DNA of 63,739 nt, the filler included, from Octopus bimaculoides (lineage: Eukaryota): NCBI RefSeq assembly GCF_001194135.2. It is 4 parts of 4 records of this genome, joined end to end, with 100 filler letters (N's around TTAATTAATTAA, not from the genome) between each part and the next. Parts side by side here need not be neighbours in the genome. Positions count along the whole stretch, not along the records: positions 61,731 to 63,739 come from NC_068992.1; 3 more parts are not named here. One strand, written 5' to 3'. The notes beneath the pieces are model-generated. The model ran no database searches, was not told the DNA's origin, and worked only from the letters and a program-made list of their open reading frames with translations. A program made the position numbers and the translations under genes. Each line of letters starts with the position of its first letter. Position 1 is the stretch's first letter. Positions 62,233-63,739 of the stretch are shown here, piece after piece.

Positions 62233-62685
62233 AATTTATCACCCCACTGAGAGGGACAAAAATATAGAACAAAACCATGGGAAATTAATCAAAATCTACC
62301 ACCTCCTACATTTCGATTATCTCCCTTATACCGGAAGAAATTCCTAATTACCTCCCCCTATTTAGAACTCTTCTTTTCAGACTCGAGCGAACACATGTTA
62401 CAATGAAGTAGAGAAATTTGAAAAGACAACANNNNNNNNNNNNNNNNNNNNNNNNNNNNNNNNNNNNNNNNNNNNNNNNNNNNNNNNNNNNNNNNNNNNN
62501 NNNNNNNNNNNNNNNNNNNNNNNNNNNNNNNACAGATTTTTATTAATATGTCACGTTTTTATAAATCATATATTAGCGCTTACATCTATTCTAATAGATT
62601 CTTCAGATCTAATTTTTTTTAAGGGATTCGTCTCTTTTCATATTATTATTGAGTGTGTATAGTAATGCCCTTAATATAAATATAA

Positions 62686-62717
<32 letters not shown>

Positions 62718-63419
62718 AGTGGGAATATATGTTCAGTATCAAATATTGATAGGGCTGTGTGTATATTATTACAGAATTCTTACAGAGAAGAAGAAATTTA
62801 AGAATTATACATTTAACCAAGATCCTTGACTGTAGAAATCAAAATTAATGTAACTGGTGCAAAATAATATAACAGAATGGAGGCCAAAGTCTGAGAAATA
62901 TCTTCTCATCCGGAGCGGGAATTGTCCTCCTGTTCGAGTAAAGAAATCTGTCCATGTTTGTACCTGCTAAAAATTTCAGATCTGGAAGTAAGTGGTGTAG
63001 TGGAATTGTTGTATCTATAAAGAATGTGCGATCATTCTACTATGCATAAGCTGCATCTCTTTAATCAATTAACATATGGCTTGGATTTCTTCATCGATTT
63101 TTTTCTTTCTTCATTATTTCTTTATTTATTTTATTCCTGTCCTTTTTTCTGTCTTATCTTTTATATTTTTCATTTTTTCTCCTAAACAAGCCTCTAAAAA
63201 TTCACCATACGCACATGCCTCCACACACATATATATAGAGAGAGATTGAAAATAACCAAAAAAAAACATTCTCTTCTCCATTCAACTCCAGATTTCTTTT
63301 TTCAATTAACTTACATATATATAAAAGGCATAAATTTTCTGTAAAGATATAATTTGTGATTATTCTCCAAGAGAAGATGAAAGTGCTAAATAAATAATTA
63401 TCCCCAATTCTGATTACTT

Positions 63420-63739
63420 CGTCGTCGTCGTCGTCGTTTAACGTCCGCTTTCCATGCTAGCATGGGTTGGACGATTTGACTGAGGACTGGTGAAACCAGA
63501 TGGCTACACCAGGCTCCAATCTGATTTGGCAGAGTTTCTACAGCTGGATGCCCTTCCTAACGCCAACCACTCAGAGAGTGTAGTGGGTGCTTTTACGTGT
63601 CACCCGCACGGAGGCCAGTCAGGCGGTACTGGCAACGACCACGCTCATCTCGCTCGAAAAACCTCGTGTGTCACTCGCACAAGAACCAGTCCAAGGGCAC
63701 CGGCAACGATCTCACTCGAAAATTCTACAACAACCCCAC
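63420..63739 (-). mobile_element. Family G SINE with (GAC)n tail and internal ~65-bp sub-repeats
   Basis: Reverse complement of 61780-61965; tail gtcgtcgtc at 63420-63436; repeated gtgtcac(c/t)cgcac..ccagtc..ggcaacga units at 63597-63720. Confidence 0.85.

Overview
AT-rich, gap-riddled (roughly 10 kb of N) eukaryotic draft-genome window made up almost entirely of microsatellites and transposable elements. The repeat repertoire (tRNA-derived SINEs with CORE-like and other conserved middle domains, mariner MITEs, a Helentron-type element, and CR1/L2-, RTE-, L1/Tx1-, R4/Dong- and Penelope-like remnants) looks cephalopod, most like Octopus. That assignment is inferred from recalled repeat families, not from a search. 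I found no host protein-coding exon, rRNA, real tRNA gene or CRISPR array; almost all ORFs in the supplied track are translations of microsatellites or N-gaps. Three identical N44-TTAATTAATTAA-N44 spacers show the window is several scaffolds joined artificially. SINE family letters (A, B, C, D, F, G) are my own working labels. The best leads are: (1) a composite element at 11075-11436 that joins a tRNA-like Pol III head to a minimal Penelope-type hammerhead ribozyme, with an inverted partial copy upstream; (2) an apparent AGAAAC 3'-junction preference of SINE subfamily A1, which would explain both SINE dimers and a triple-nested locus; (3) a locally templated 132-bp insertion with a 14-bp target duplication and junction microhomologies; (4) an (AAT)n-embedded retro-family plus three R4/Dong-like RLE remnants sharing a 3'UTR hairpin; (5) head/body/tail swapping among SINEs; (6) a CRE+CCAAT+ETS promoter-like cluster abutting a gap.
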